Below are positions 12,065 through 23,304 of a stretch of 36,883 nucleotides of DNA, in pieces. The notes under the pieces were generated by a model, which did no database searches, had not been told where the DNA came from, and saw only the letters and a program-made list of their open reading frames with translations. Source of the DNA: Nemertoderma westbladi (taxonomy: Eukaryota > Animalia > Xenacoelomorpha); contig JAUCBJ010001775.1 in NCBI GenBank assembly GCA_032718475.1, positions 1 to 36,883 on the forward strand. The letters run 5' to 3'. Position 1 is the stretch's first letter, and the number at the start of each line of letters is the position of its first letter. Made by a program: the position numbers and the translations under genes.

Positions 12065-12117
12065 AGTACTCTGCGTTGATACCACTGCTTTAAGCAGTGG
12101 TATCAACGCAGAGTACT
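12065..12117. other. Synthetic adapter dimer (SMART / PacBio ultra-low-input adapter), inverted back-to-back
   Basis: AGTACTCTGCGTTGATACCACTGCTT-T-AAGCAGTGGTATCAACGCAGAGTACT contains exact AAGCAGTGGTATCAACGCAGAGTACT on both strands. Confidence 0.97.
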
Positions 12118-12403
12118 ATTTGCAACTATTGGTTCTGCTAACACTGATAAATATAGGAACAAAGTTCGCAAGTTTAGGAAAGTGATTCGCTCGCAAAAAA
12201 GGAATATTTCACAATATGAGAATTGGATAAACATTAAATTTAGAAATGGTGATCAAATCAAATTGTTCATGAAAAAATATTGGATTTTTCGAAAAAACAT
12301 AAAAAAATTAAGTTTAGAAGTGTTGATTAATATTACTTGAATTTCATAAAACTACAGTATAGGAAATTTCAAATTTTAAAATATATTCATTAAATAAAAT
12401 ATC

Positions 12404-12587
12404 GAGGGGTAATTGTGCGGGGGGCAATATTTCCGGGGGGCAATAGTACGGGGGGCAATTGTCCTCGGGTGGCAATTATCATCGAGGGGCAATTTTCCGG
12501 GAGGCAATTTTCCGCGAGGCAATTGTCCGAGGAACAATTTTCCGCGAGGCAATTGACCGAGGAACGATTGTCCGGGGGCAATTGTCC
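12404..12587. repeat. GGCAATT(G/T)TCC ~15-bp tandem motif, probably a subterminal repeat of a non-autonomous element
   Basis: About 11 imperfect copies are visible. Confidence 0.7.
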
Positions 12588-13249
12588 TAGTTCTCCCAAG
12601 AGGTTACCTAACTTCATGACTCGTCCCAGTCGTGTTTACTAATTTCATCCAATCAAATCGTTGGCTGTTTGGAACCACATAAAAATATACAATTAGTTTA
12701 CAAAACATACAAAATTTCCCAAATTACAGTATTTGCTTACACTGCCAAAAGCTCAGATCTCTATTAAACATTTTAGCCAATCAAATTAGATGTGTGGCGC
12801 CACAGTTAAATTTATAAACTTTTAAAGGTTACTTGCAACATCTACTAAGTAAACGTGGAAAATATACAAAATTTTATAAATAACACATGAGCAAAATATT
12901 AAGATTAAAAGATTAAAGATGATTGTAGTTAGTGAAACATAAAATTATTAAAAGCATTTGTGTATTTGTTTACGTGATGAAATCGTAATTGACAAGTAAA
13001 TAAACGACATACTGCACAACATATTAAATAAGACAATAAATAACATTTAGTTTCGTAAGTTAAATTTCATTAGGAGTATTTTTTAATACTCATTACAGTC
13101 ATCAGTAGCGAATCAACAAATAGTCAGCTCCATTATCAAGCCCATTTGCCACAAAGGTACAAATAATCGAGACACATCAATGAATTCGTACTTCGGTTGA
13201 GCGTTTAGATTTGTCATTCCAATATATTTGTCAAACCTAAAAAATAATA

Positions 13250-15090
13250 CTGTTGTGATTAGACACTTGCGTTCTGTATATATTGTGGTAATTAGACGTT
13301 AGTGAAGTCTTGTGGTAATTAGACACTGAGTATTAATAACTACCGTACTGTATATTGTGGTAATTAGACACTTGCATTCTGTATATTGTGGTAATTAGAC
13401 GTTAGTGAAGTCTTGTGGTAATTAGACACTGAGTATGAATAACTACCGTTCTGTATATTGTGGTAATTAGATGCAGTGTAGTCTTGTGGTAAATAGACAC
13501 TTGAGTTCTGTATATTGTGGTAATTAGATGCCATTGTAAAATAATATTGTGGTAATTAGATGCAGTGTAGTCTTGTGGTAAATAGACACTTGAGTTCTGT
13601 ATATTGTGGTAATTAGATGCCATTGTAAAATAATATTGTGGTAATTAGATGCAGTGTAGTCTTGTGGTAAATAGACACTTGAGTTCTGTATATTGTGGTA
13701 ATTAGATGCCATTGTAAAATAATATTGTGGTAATTAGATGCAGTGTAGTCTTGTGGTAAATAGACACTTGAGTTCTGTATATTGTGGTAATTAGATGCCA
13801 TTGTAAAATAATATTGTGGTAATTAGATGCAGTGTAGTCTTGTGGTAAATAGACACTTGAGTTCTGTATATTGTGGTAATTAGATGCCAGTGTAAAAGAA
13901 TCTTGTGGTAAATATACACTGCAGTTCTGTATAGTCTTGTGGTAATTAGATGCCACTTGTAAAGTAATATTGTGGTAATTAGATGCCATTGTAGAATAAT
14001 ATTGTGGTAATTAGATGTAGTGTAGTCTTGTGGTAAATAGACACTTGAGTTCTGTATAGTATTGTGGTAATTAGATGCCATTGTAAAGTAATATTGTGGT
14101 AATTAGATGCCATTGTAAAATAATATTGTGGTAATTAGATGCAGTGTAGTCTTGTGGTAAATAGACACTTGAGTTCTGTATATTGTGGTAATTAGATCCC
14201 ATTGTAAAATAATATTGTGGTAATTAGATGCAGTGTAGTCTTGTGGTAAATAGACACTTGAGTTCTGTATATTGTGGTATTTAGACGCCATTGTAAAATA
14301 ATATTGTGGTAATTAGATGCCATTGTAAAATAATATTGTGGTAATTAGATGCAGCGTGTAGGCCTACTGGTGTAGTCTTGTGGTAAATAGACACTTGAGT
14401 TCTGTATATTGTGGTAATTAGATGCCAGATGCCATTGTAAAATAATATTGTGGTAATTAGATGCAGTGTAGTCTTGTGGTAAATAGACACTTGAGTTCTG
14501 TATATTGTGGTAATTAGATGCCATTGTAAAATAATATTGTGGTAATTAGATGCAGTGTAGTCTTGTGGTAAATAGACACTTGAGTTCTGTATATTGTGGT
14601 AATTAGATGCCATTGTAAAATAATATTGTGGTAATTAGATGCAGTGTAGTCTTGTGGTAAATAGACACTTGAGTTCTGTATATTGTGGTAATTAGATGCC
14701 ATTGTAAAATAATATTGTGGTAATTAGATGCAGTGTAGTCTTGTGGTAAATAGACACTTGCTTTCTATATATTGTGATAATTAGATGCCATTGTAAAATA
14801 ATATTGTGGTAATTAGATGCAGTGTAGTCTTGTGGTAATAGACACTTGAGTTCTGTATATTGTGATAATTAGATGCCATTGTAAAATAATATTGTGGTAA
14901 TTAGATGCAGTGTAGTCTTGTGGTAAATAGACACTTGAGTTCTGTATATTGTGGTAATTAGATGCCATTGTAAAATAATATTGTGGTAATTAGATGCAGT
15001 GTAGTCTTGTGGTAAATAGACACTTGCGTTCTATATATTGTGGTAATTAACTAGATGCCAATGTAAAATAATATTGTGGTAATTAGATGC
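13250..15090. repeat. 89-bp higher-order satellite built from three ~30-bp monomers sharing TGTGGTAA(T/A)TAGA
   Basis: Near-identical tandem units with an 89-bp period (ORF track repeats at 13524/13613/13702/13791). Edges are more diverged. Confidence 0.95.
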
Positions 15091-15184
15091 CTCTATCGAA
15101 TTGTTGGGGTAGATTCCGGTAGATTGTGGTAGTTTGTGGTTGGTTGGGGTAGATTGTGGTAGGTTGGGGTAATTAGTAGGACCC

Positions 15185-15572
15185 AGCTGGCCCTGCAAGG
15201 ATTTCAAATATGTAACGCAATTTCAATTTCGTTGAAAAATAGCTGAGATATGGGCGTTCAAATGTTGCATGGTTATGCACCTGCGCGAGGCTATTTTATT
15301 CTATTTAATAAATGCATCATAATCTGGAATATTTTGTTTATCCAAAGAAGTAGCTGGGCAACAATGCATTACATCTTTAATCGTACTATTACGTATTACG
15401 TAGTTATTCATACATTTAAAAAATGTTCTAGAATTATATGGTTTATTTATTAATAGAATAAAATAGCCTCGCGTCGTTGCAAAACCATGCAAGATTTGAA
15501 CGCTCATATCTCAACTATTTTTCAACAAAATTCAAATTGTGTTACATATTTGGAATCCTTGCATGGCCAGCT
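15185..15572. repeat. Long (~125 bp) imperfect inverted repeat, MITE-like
   Basis: AGCTGGCCCTGCAAGGATTTCAAATATGTAAC...GCGAGGCTATTTTATTCTATT versus AATAGAATAAAATAGCCTCGCG...GTTACATATTTGGAATCCTTGCATGGCCAGCT. Confidence 0.8.
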
Positions 15573-16856
15573 TTCCATTGGTACAAACAAACAGCTTTAA
15601 GGTAGAACTGTAGAAGAATAACTGCGGTGTAACTGGTGTCAGGGTGTAATATTGCTGGAGACACTTTTTTTAAACAGTTAAACGCTTGTAGAATGTAGCT
15701 AAAGATTGAAAGCAAAAATAAAAATTATGGCTCACCCAGTCAGTGGTCGGGAGGTGAAACTATCTCTGTTTCAAATTTCATGCAATCTCATTACAGCATT
15801 AAGATTTGTAAAAAAATTAGGGGGGGGGGGGGGTGTCACTGAATTACGACACTATATTCTGGGACGTGGTGTATTCAGTTAGTATATGCACGAAATATAC
15901 CGATAATTGGCCTAATACTTTATTAAAAAATTAACTCCGGCAAAATTTTCATTGGAGCCAGAGCAGGAGCCGGAGATGCCAAAATGGCCGGAGCCGGAGG
16001 TGAGCTCCCATCGAGCCCTAATCCCTACTTTTACACCTTATGTCTGTATGTAATTCCTACTTTACACCCTCAAAATGTTGTGATTTTATTTACTGCACAT
16101 ATACAGGCTGACAGGACCTCCCGTTCCCACTATGTTTTACAGTTTAATACCCTATTGTTCTTAATTTAATATTTACTAGCTGGTTGTAATACCATTCTGA
16201 TATTTTAACAAATTAATTTGTTATTTATAGTAATTTACACACTGAGTTCACTTTAATGGTGCGCTTTTTAAAGGGACCTCCATGGAAACGAGGTTTTCAT
16301 CGAGCTATCCCTAACAGCCTAACATCAGAACATTGTATGTCTACAAGATAATCTATATTTTTTCTATGAACTTTGCACAATTTTTTAGTAAATTTAAATA
16401 TTATAGTCGATTCCAACTTATGCCGGTCAGCCGGTTATTAGTGTATTACAGTATTATGTTATATTTTATATGTCTTATATTTTAGGGATTGCTTGTACAT
16501 TGTTACCGGTAATAAAAAACTTAAACTTTACATGTACAGTACACTGCAGTGTGCAGTCAAATGGCAGAATCGTAAGTGTATTGTTTGTAATGAACAGCAC
16601 TTTATCAGTTATCACTTAGGCTAAGCCCACAGTTTTCTTTGTGAACAGTGAATGACATTTAGGCCTATCTTATTTACTCTACTGGTACCGGTAAGTTGCT
16701 AGGCCGATTTTGGTTCACTTTGTCAATGTAACTAAATACGTAAATAGATTTTAAAAACTAGAACAGTAGAATGTCAATAAATATTATCAGAATGTGAAAT
16801 TAAGTCTGCACTGCAAACCAATTCAAACCACCTAAAAAAAACGTGAAGAAAGCGAC

Positions 16857-18135
16857 TGAAACAATCCGATCAAACGTTTAAGAGACCTTTCGTGCTGCAC
16901 CTGCACATGCTGACATGGCAGCATGGGGTACTGTAACAATCTGTTGAAATGATTAAGATAGGCTACCTTCCTGCCTTCACGCAGTACGTTAGACACTGCT
17001 GCACTGTAACAAACAATCTGTTGAAACCTGAAACGTTTAAGAGACCTTCCAACCTTCGTGCAGCACGTTGGATACTGAAACAATCTGTTGATGAAACGTT
17101 TAAGAGACCTTCGTGCAGCACATGGGTAACAATCTGATGAACGTTTGAGAGACCTTCGCGCAGCACGTGACGTGGTGTACTATAACAATTTGTGGAAACG
17201 TTTAAGAGACCTTCATTCACGCAGTATGTGAGATACTAAAACAATCTGTTGAAACGTTCGAGACCTTCGCGCAGCACGTGGCGCACTGTAACATTGTGTA
17301 ACAAGCTGTTCAAACGTTGAAGAGGGATTCGCGCAGCACGTGGCGTACTCCAACATTGTGTAACAAACTGTTGAAACGTTTAAGAGAGATTCACGCAACA
17401 CGTGGCGTACTCCAACATTGTGTAACAAGCTGTCGAAACGTTTAAGAGACCTTCGTGCAGCACGTTCGCACATGGGGCTGTGGGGTACTGAAACAATCTG
17501 TTGAAACGATTAAGATACCTTGCTGCCTTCATGCAGTATGTGAGATACTGAAACAATCTGTTGAAACGTTTGAGACCTTCGCGCGGCATGTGGCGTACTG
17601 TAACATTGTGTAACAAGCTGTTGAAACGTTTACGATACCTTAGCGCAGCACATGGCGTACTGAAACATTGTGTAACAAACTGTTGAAACGTTTAAGAGAC
17701 CTTCGCGCAGCACGTGGCGCACTGTAACATTGTATAACAATCTGTTGAAACGTTTACGATACCTTCGCGCAGCACGTGGCGCACTGTAACATTGTGTAAC
17801 AAGCTGTTGAAACGTTAGAGACCTTCGCGCAGCACGTGGCGCACTGTAACTGTAACATTGTATAACAATCAGTTGAAACGTTTACGGTACCTTCGCGCAG
17901 CACGTGGCGCACTGTAACATTGTATAACAATCTGTTGAAACGTTCAAGAGACCTTCGCGCAGCACATGGCGCACTGTAAAATTGTGTAAGAAAACGTTTG
18001 AAACGTTTATGATACTTTCACGCAGCACGTGGTGCACTGTAATATTGTCTGATTGTTGTAACAATCTGTTGAAACGGTTCAAACTTCAAAGACCTTCGCG
18101 CAGCACATGAGATAATTCTGAAACAATATATTTAA
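16857..18135. repeat. Diverged ~62-bp tandem satellite
   Basis: Consensus about AACAATCTGTTGAAACGTTTAAGAGACCTTCGCGCAGCACGTGGCGCACTGTAACATTGTGT, roughly 20 copies with indels. Confidence 0.92.
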
Positions 18136-18542
18136 ACGATCTGACGATTAAGAGGTCGATTTACCATCATAGCTAACACCCCAATTCATGATATTGACTG
18201 ATTGAATGGGATAAATTATTTTTAGGCTCGTTAAGCCAAGGAATCCTGTTCACCATCACCACCACCGATGATATTCCATAAACCTTCCACTTCCATTCTA
18301 TTTTCCCAAGTCTGCAAGTTGCCTTGATTCCCATTTATTGACCACTGAAGGATGAATGCCAAGGTTGGGCTAGCAGGTTGCAGCATTTAAAGCACTGATA
18401 CTGTGCAACTGTGCTCAAACTGTCAAACAGTGCTGCCACCGTGCCCCATCTAGGGATCGAATAAGGCTGTAAGGGCTTCCTAATTGGAAGCCCAGGAATG
18501 TCACCAATAGACCAAGATGTTGCATGGTCTAGACAGGCAGAC

Positions 18543-19770
18543 TTATGGGCAGCCACTCCTAACTGCCAACTGATAGCCCAGTTACCTAACGTAATTTCTC
18601 CCTAACCTAACCTACCTAACGTAAAATCAATGTATACAATATCAATATTCTTACGATTATCAAGCAGTTGTGTACAGTCGGTGATACGCTCTAATAATTG
18701 CCTACAAGTAGATCTACGCTGTAGGAACCCATGCTGAGATTTTGATATCAATTTATGTTCTAAAAGATACTTAGTTAACTCTACTTTAATGCACATTTCC
18801 ATAAGTTTACAGGCTATACAAGTTAGTGATACAGGTCTATAATTATAAGGGTCCGAAGGATCGCCTTTCTTGTACAATGGAATAACTAAAGCAGTACGCC
18901 AAACAGATGGCAGAGCATTGGAAGCAAATGATATATTAAAAATAACTGATAAAGGCACAGCTAAAAATAATGCAAGTTTAGAAAATAAAATTCAATTTCA
19001 ATTTCAAAGCTCGGTTTACACCCCGGCAGGCTATATTGATAAAATTATAGGGTGAAAAATACTGGGCAGATCATCCGGAGTGTGGCTTGTCTTGCCTTTC
19101 AGTTTTCTCAGCATTATTAAAATAGTTGCAGGTTCAAAATTTATATCAGATAACTGGGCGCTAGAATGTACGTTTCTAGGAAATGGTGGGATAGACAGAT
19201 AGACCCATTATCCTCACTGAAGTTTTGCGAGAGTACCATTGAAAATATATTAGCCTTAGTAACATCATCAACTACAGTATTACCATTGTACTGTAGTGGT
19301 GCAATACCCGCTTTATTGCGTTTTCGTGAGTTAGGCCTAGTGTACTTAAAGACTGCTTCCGGACTTCCTGAGCTGAGAATTTTACATTCTTTGGCGCAGG
19401 CAGCTCGGAATGCACCCTGAGAAGCAGCTTTAGCAGCCTTAGTGTAAGCCGCTCTGCCAGATACTGTGTGCCTGCGGCGCCACAGTTTATTTTTATTATT
19501 CTGAAGTTGCTTTACATAAACCGGGTATGCTTTCTTATTAGGATTAATAGATTTGAAAGGAACACAATTATCAATACCTACTTTGAGTATACTTGTAAAT
19601 TTGCACCAGAAATTATCTATAGTGTTACATAATTGAAATTCGATAGTCCAATTGATATTTTGTAAATATGACGAAATTTTGTTATAGTCACAGTTAGAAA
19701 AGTCATGAAAACCAATGCAATCTCGCTGAATTAACTCATGGGGGGAAATAATATTAAAACATATATTATA
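18543..19770 (-). pseudogene. Degenerate second CR1/L2 LINE ORF2 fragment (EN-RT linker plus partial RT, internal deletion)
   Basis: ORF 19141-19845 carries linker-type sequence (INW...FWCKF...CVP; KANIF...F). It is followed by LRKLKGKTSHTPDD and by ORF 18602-18958 (PLYKKGD..NYRPVSLTCIACK..QHGF..YIDF). The sequence then jumps to LGNWAISWQLGVAAHK, homologous to LEKWADTWQLKIAAHK of the 8430-9983 copy. Confidence 0.85.
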
Positions 19771-20227
19771 AGTGTATATCCCGATAGGGATGTATTTATA
19801 TATCCCGATCGGGATAGGGAACCCTACTGACTGTGAATCACACAAGATATCGAATGTAAAATGAATTACTGGGGTGTCAGGGTGTCGGTATAATGCAGTG
19901 GTGCCGTCTTTTGTGGTACTTTGCGGTCTTTTGCGGTACCGGTATACCTAATTCGTAGGACCGCTGAGTACGCCCTATAATATTAATAGGCCTAACGGCA
20001 TTTGTTTTTTATTTCCGGTATATATTTTTTTTGAAATTTTGCCGGTGGTACTAATCGATTGGCAAGAGCTGTAGAGGGTCAAAAAACGTTCAATTCGAAT
20101 AAGGTTTTAGGCCTATTCTGCTAAATACAAATACCGTTAGCTAAAGCGGAGTACAGGTATCATTCTACTTAGGTCTACCAGTACTGATTTACTCTGTTGA
20201 ATCGAGTTGAAGGGCTTTAATTTAATA

Positions 20228-21194
20228 ATGGCGTCTTACCGAAAGAAATCGGGAACTCCCAACACACGATATTTCGAGTCCCCTGACATCGTCAACCAAT
20301 TTGACGGAATTCGAACCTGGCTCCAAAAAAACTTTAAAAAATACATCCAAAACGACCCTCCAACCAACCGCGGTCTCTCACAACTGACCACTCAACTGGT
20401 TCAGTTCCAAGAGGACGCTTTCGGGAGGAATGCTAACAAACCGTTGCTAACTCGACTCCCCGCTAACTTCTTTACCGATTTTAAACCCGGTGGTGCGTTA
20501 TGCCACATCCTCGGTTTTGTATTTCGCTATAAATCGGAACAAGGATGGCGTCGTTGCGACTTTGTATCTCCGGCGCGTTTAGACAAAAACGTAGAAATGT
20601 TCGTTAATCTCCATCAATACTTAACGAGCCAAAGCATTCTAGCAACTCCGGTTTGTTTCATACTCCCGCAGATTGAAACATCGTTGAAAGAGAAACTCGT
20701 TGATATCGTTAAACGGCACAATGGGAGTCTCACTGAGAACCATCGAGAGGCGACACATCTGGTCTTCCCGCCTCCACCTCCACTCCCCGATGCCGACTGG
20801 TACAGGCCGACAGCGAAGCATGGCCATCAGGTTCTCTGCCACTTCTGGTACTCGCCAGATTCGTACGATACGTGGTTGGACGCCTCGGTGGTCGGGGTTC
20901 CTGATGGGGGGAGTGTCGCAACACTCATAGAACCGGAGCCGGCGGGGTCCGGACGCGCCCGCGAGGTTAACTCCCGGTGGCTCGTGGACCTGGACGTCTA
21001 CAACGAGTGGCCCAACGAGGAGGACTACGAGATCCTCGACTCCGGCAAGGACAAGCAGTGCACCTCGCCGGCGTTGGCGCGAACCCGTCGCAGGTTCTAC
21101 CTGCTTCCGGCGGCTCCGGGACCGGGGTCCCCCCAGGACGAGTCGCTAACCGAATCCCTTCCCAGTCGGAAGCCCAGGGTCGCCGCTATTACAG
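20228..21194 (+). CDS. SMARCC2: SWI/SNF complex subunit SMARCC1/2 (BAF155/170, moira), coding exon 1 (N-terminal MarR-like/BRCT/chromo module)
   Basis: ATG at 20228 (MASYRKKSG...). Motifs LVQFQEDAFG, TRLPANFFTDFKPGGALCHIL, YKSEQGWRR, HFWYSPDSYDTW and YNEWPNEEDYE are typical of SMARCC. Donor G|GTAGGT at 21194/21195, phase 1. SMARCC1 versus SMARCC2 cannot be resolved; invertebrates usually have one ortholog. Confidence 0.95.
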
Positions 21195-21676
21195 GTAGGT
21201 TATCTTGTATCTGGTAGAGAGAGTGAATAGTGAGGTAGGCCTAGGTGTTCGCCATAATAGATTACTTTATATTTTTAATTACATTTTTGTTATAAATTAA
21301 TTATAAAACTTATTAAGTATAAAACTATAATAAAATTATTATAATTTTATCATATACCGAAAACCTGTTTGAGAATAAAACACAAGAGTCGATTGAATAT
21401 GTTTAATATTTGATTTCCTTTATTTTGCACTCCTTGTGGATAGCCGAAGTCAGGCAATCAATCAATAAACTTTGCAACCGGAATCATAAAAACTGCGTTA
21501 ATTATGTTGTTAATGGAATTAACTATATTAATAAATAACCCATTGCAAAACTGTATCATGGGGCTAGTTGGAATTGGAAAGAGAAAAATAATACGACCGT
21601 CGACCATGCAATAATAACTATTTATTGTAGGGTAAATAAAATATGCTTTATTTACCGCTCGTCCCGAGATCTGTTA

Positions 21677-23304
21677 TAAGGATGTGGCGAATGTCCGCAT
21701 CCGCGGATATCCGATCCGCATGATTTTTGGCATCCGCATCTGCACCCCTGGCATGCGGATGTTACATGCGGATGTTACATGCGGATGTAACATGCGGATG
21801 TTACATGCGGATGTTACATGTGGATGTTACATGCGGATGTTACATGCGGATGTTACATGCGGATGTAACATGCGGATGTTACATGCAGATGTTACATGTG
21901 GATGTTACATGCGGATGTTACATGCGGATGTTACATGCGGATGAGGATGTTACATGCGGATGTTACATGCGGATGTTACATGCGGATGTAACATGCGGAT
22001 GTAACATGCGGATATTACGTGCGGATGTTACATGTGGATGTTACATGCGGATGTAACATGTGGATATTACATGCGGATGTTACATGCGGATGTTACATGC
22101 GGATGTAACATGCGGATGTTACATGCAGATGTTACATGTGGATGTTACATGCGGATGTTACATGCGGATGCGGATGTTACATGCGGATGTTACATGCGGA
22201 TGTTACATGCGGATGTTACATGCGGATGTTACATGCGGATGTAACATGCGGATGTAACATGCGGATATTACATGCGGATGTTACATGTGGATGTTACATG
22301 CGGATGTTACATGCGGATGTTACATGCGGATGTAACATGCGGATATTACATACGGATGTTACATGTGGATGTTACATGCGGATGTTACATGCGGATGTAA
22401 CATGCGGATGTAACATGCGGATATTACATGCGGATGTAACATGCGGATGTAACATGCGGATATTACATGCGGATGTTACATTGGAGCGGATGTTACATGC
22501 GGATGCGGATGTTACATGCGGATGTTACATGCGGATATTACATGCGGATGTAACATGTGGATATTACATGCGGATGTTACATGCGGAGCGGATGTTACAT
22601 GCGGATGCGGATGTTACATGCGGATGTTACATGCGGATATTACATGCGGATGTTAAATGTGGATGTTACATGCGGATGTTACATGCGGATGTAACATGCG
22701 GATGTTACATGCGGATGTTACATGTGGATGTTACATGCGGATGTTACATGCGGATGCGGATGTTACATGCGGATTTTACATGCACCATCTAAGCATCCTG
22801 TCTGCGCATATCCAGCAATAACCACTCAATTAAAAAAAATGTTAATAATATTTACTTTTATATCTTAAACTTTATTTTATTTTTCTCATTAATTAATTAT
22901 TATAGTTATTATTATTATTGTTTTAATAATAATTAATAATTATTATTATTTTAATTATTAATTACAATTATTATTATTATTATAGTTAAAATTATTTCTT
23001 ACTAGATAGGCCTAACAACTTTTAAGCGATAATGGTAGCGATCATTTTATTTGTTAGATAGGGTCTAATTGTAAGATATTATAGATATTATATTATTATA
23101 TTATATTCTAGATATTATTAGGAATGAATAATAAAAGATTAGAATATTAAAATGCTGGTGTAATCTCTATATCGAAGGGAGGTCAGAAAAAAATATGTAT
23201 GTTTTAATAGATATATATCCTCATCCGTGCGGATGTCACCTCAGACATCTGCATCCGAATCCGCATCCGCGGCTGTCAAAAATATGACATTCGCAACATC
23301 CCTA
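21677..23304. mobile_element. hAT-type MITE carrying a 13-bp minisatellite, in SMARCC intron 1
   Basis: TIRs TAAGGATGTGGCGAATGTC / GACATTCGCAACATCCCTA (17/19 match); imperfect 8-bp TSD ATCTGTTA/ATTTGTTG; subterminal ATCCGC motifs at both ends. Confidence 0.8.
21752..22783. repeat. 13-bp minisatellite (GTTACATGCGGAT)n, about 1 kb
   Basis: Directly visible tandem unit. It generates the spurious MLHADVTCGCYMR-repeat ORFs (39 nt = 3 units). Confidence 0.97.

Noticed and set aside
12065-12117. Perfect 26-bp hairpin as terminator or recombination site
   Set aside because: Exact match to a synthetic adapter.
13250-15090. CRISPR-like array or the repeated MASNYHN ORFs
   Set aside because: The inter-core segments recur with an 89-bp period, and the ORFs are by-products of the repeat.
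16857-18135. CRISPR-like array (palindromic AAACGTTT/CACGTG, ~62-bp period)
   Set aside because: The whole unit repeats with no unique spacers, there are no cas genes, and the context is eukaryotic. It is a satellite.
18240-18540. Possible hAT transposase relic (PRWGTVAALFDSL resembling the TRWxS motif)
   Set aside because: A single weak motif with stops nearby; cannot be supported without an HMM search.
6535-20228. Bidirectional BAG6-SMARCC gene pair
   Set aside because: The genes are 13.7 kb apart and separated by an adapter junction, so the linkage is unproven.
21684-22792. Cys/His/Met-rich metal-binding-like repeat proteins
   Set aside because: Translation of an intronic 13-bp minisatellite; all three frames give the same peptide.
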